Of a stretch of DNA of 64,000 bases, positions 62,918 through 64,000 are shown one piece after another; the stretch's first letter is position 1; each line of letters opens with the position of its first letter. A program made the translations under genes and the position numbers. This DNA is from Parasutterella excrementihominis (GTDB lineage: Bacteria > Bacillota_I > Bacilli_A > RFN20 > CAG-826), in the NCBI GenBank assembly GCA_963614595.1, contig CAVECL010000003.1, positions 4,125 through 68,124 of the forward strand, given 5' to 3'. The notes under the pieces are model-generated. The model ran no database searches and was not told the DNA's origin. It saw only the letters and a list, made by a program, of their open reading frames with translations.

Positions 62918-64000
62918 TTATTCGCCCTTCTTCGAGTAGAAGCTTTCTAAGCCCAGGCTCACTTCTTTTTCGTCGTGGACGATTTCGCATTGGGGGTAGC
63001 GCCTCTGCAGAAGATCGCGATAGGCCCCTCTCCCGTAGCGGTCGTCGATGAGCAGGGCGGCCCCGACGTCCTTCTCGCTTCGGATGACCCTGCCCAATGC
63101 CTGCAGGACCTTGCTGATCCCGGGGTTTTGGTAGGCGTAAAGGAAGCCCCGCTCCTCCTTCTGCTCGAAATAATCTTTCAGCAGGTTGTTCTCAAAGCCC
63201 ACCTGAGGCATTCCCACCCCGACGATCCCCACGCCGATCAGGCGGTCGCTCACAAGGTCGATCCCCTCGCCGAAAGCGCCGCCCAAGACAAGCAAGCCGA
63301 CGGTCGTGATCTTCGGACTCGGGAGGAAGGAGGAGAGGAAATCGAGTTTCTCCTCCTCTTTCATGCGACGGCTCTGCACCAAAATGCTCGCATCAGGAAA
63401 ATCCAGATATGGGCGGATTTTGCTCAGGTATTCGTAACTTGGGAAATAGATGAAGTAATTGCCTACTTTCGAGCAGACCAAGCTCTTTAAATAAGAAGCG
63501 ACTTGGGGATAAGAAGCCTCCCTGTCGCGGTAACGGACGGAGACGCCGGGGGCGAGCATCACCTTGAAATTCTCTTTCGGGAAGGGAGAAGGGAGGAGGA
63601 GAAAGGGGGAATCCTCCTTCCCCAGGATCGACTTCGTGAAATAGGCGCTCGGGGTGAGGGTCGCCGAGAAGAGGACGGCCCCTCTCACCCTTTCCAGGCT
63701 TTTCTTCAAGAACCTCGAGGGATCCAAGCAGAAGAGATTGAGCTCATAGCCCTCTTCGCCTTTCTTCAAGATGGCGAAGCGGTCGCTGGGGTCAAAGAAA
63801 TCCTTGAGGAGGCGGAGGTAACGGTTGCCCTCCCGGGAGAATTCCGACAGCAGCTTCATTTTCTCCAAAGCCTTCGAGTTCTCTTTCCTCACCTTCTGCT
63901 CGGCATTTTTCAAGCTTTCAAGCGCCTTCTCGATTTCCAAGGGAGCCTCTTCAAGCAGCTCTTCCTTCCCCTCGATCTCGTATTCTTTGAAGGCCTTCTC
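62918..64000 (-). CDS. DinG/Rad3-family ATP-dependent DNA helicase, C-terminal part (5' end beyond window)
   Basis: Helicase_C_2-type motifs (VLFSATLTP, GGAFGEGIDL, LQALGRVIRSEKDVG..LIDDRY). The reading frame stays open from 63940 to the window edge at 64000. Confidence 0.75.
   Translation of the reverse strand, partial: EKAFKEYEIEGKEELLEEAPLEIEKALESLKNAEQKVRKENSKALEKMKLLSEFSREGNRYLRLLKDFFDPSDRFAILKKGEEGYELNLFCLDPSRFLKKSLERVRGAVLFSATLTPSAYFTKSILGKEDSPFLLLPSPFPKENFKVMLAPGVSVRYRDREASYPQVASYLKSLVCSKVGNYFIYFPSYEYLSKIRPYLDFPDASILVQSRRMKEEEKLDFLSSFLPSPKITTVGLLVLGGAFGEGIDLVSDRLIGVGIVGVGMPQVGFENNLLKDYFEQKEERGFLYAYQNPGISKVLQALGRVIRSEKDVGAALLIDDRYGRGAYRDLLQRRYPQCEIVHDEKEVSLGLESFYSKKGE

Noticed and set aside
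1-64000. Checked for UGA-as-Trp (Mollicutes code 4), CRISPR arrays, tRNA/rRNA genes and IS elements.
   Set aside because: TGA terminates well-supported genes (secDF, hisS, xseA, yqeG), so code 11 applies. I saw no spaced direct-repeat arrays, no tRNA-like or rRNA-like sequences in any spacer, and no transposase motifs.

Overview
This window is a densely packed core-chromosome segment. I call 58 protein genes, including one 52-aa gene (rpmG) that is absent from the ORF track. I found no rRNA, tRNA, CRISPR array, transposase or prophage gene. Gene content and order follow the Bacillus/Firmicutes pattern closely: secDF-recJ-relA-hisS-aspS; yqhY(asp23)-nusB-xseA-xseB-dxs; xerD-deoB; yqeG-yqeH-yhbY-nadD/yqeK-rsfS; plsY with parE-parC; lepA-hemW-hrcA-grpE-dnaK-dnaJ...mtaB...rpsU...ybeY-cdd-era-recO-glyQS-dnaG-sigA-trmK. 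Several traits suggest a reduced-genome Bacilli or Mollicutes-related lineage that uses genetic code 11 (TGA is a stop): fused SecDF, single-chain GlyRS, a FakA/FakB/PlsY fatty-acid module, and missing Bacillus neighbours such as phoH, dgkA, prmA and rsmE. This taxon guess is low confidence. By eye, coding DNA is GC-rich and the short spacers are sharply AT-rich. Supported regulatory features are a consensus sigma-A promoter flanked by two CIRCE inverted repeats in front of hrcA, about eleven hairpin terminators, and a few -35/-10 promoters, including a probably leaderless dinB. I do not see a clear, discrete novel multi-gene system such as a defence island, toxin-antitoxin pair or biosynthetic cluster. 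The items most worth a second look are: (1) a 45-residue His/Cys-rich CCC-repeat tail on HisRS; (2) a second sigma-70 gene directly downstream of rpoD with an internally duplicated, degenerate sigma-2 module; (3) a C39 peptidase plus ABC-type membrane domain with no ATPase, inserted upstream of ybeY; (4) a Fic-fold protein with a degenerate active-site motif, translationally coupled into the lepA-hemW operon; (5) a recurrent TTAGTAGTTTTTTRGTW motif at cistron boundaries; (6) an EF-P with a non-canonical tip loop; (7) a NadD-like domain lacking the HxGH motif, fused to YqeK. All functional calls come from motif recognition by eye and from synteny. No database search was run.
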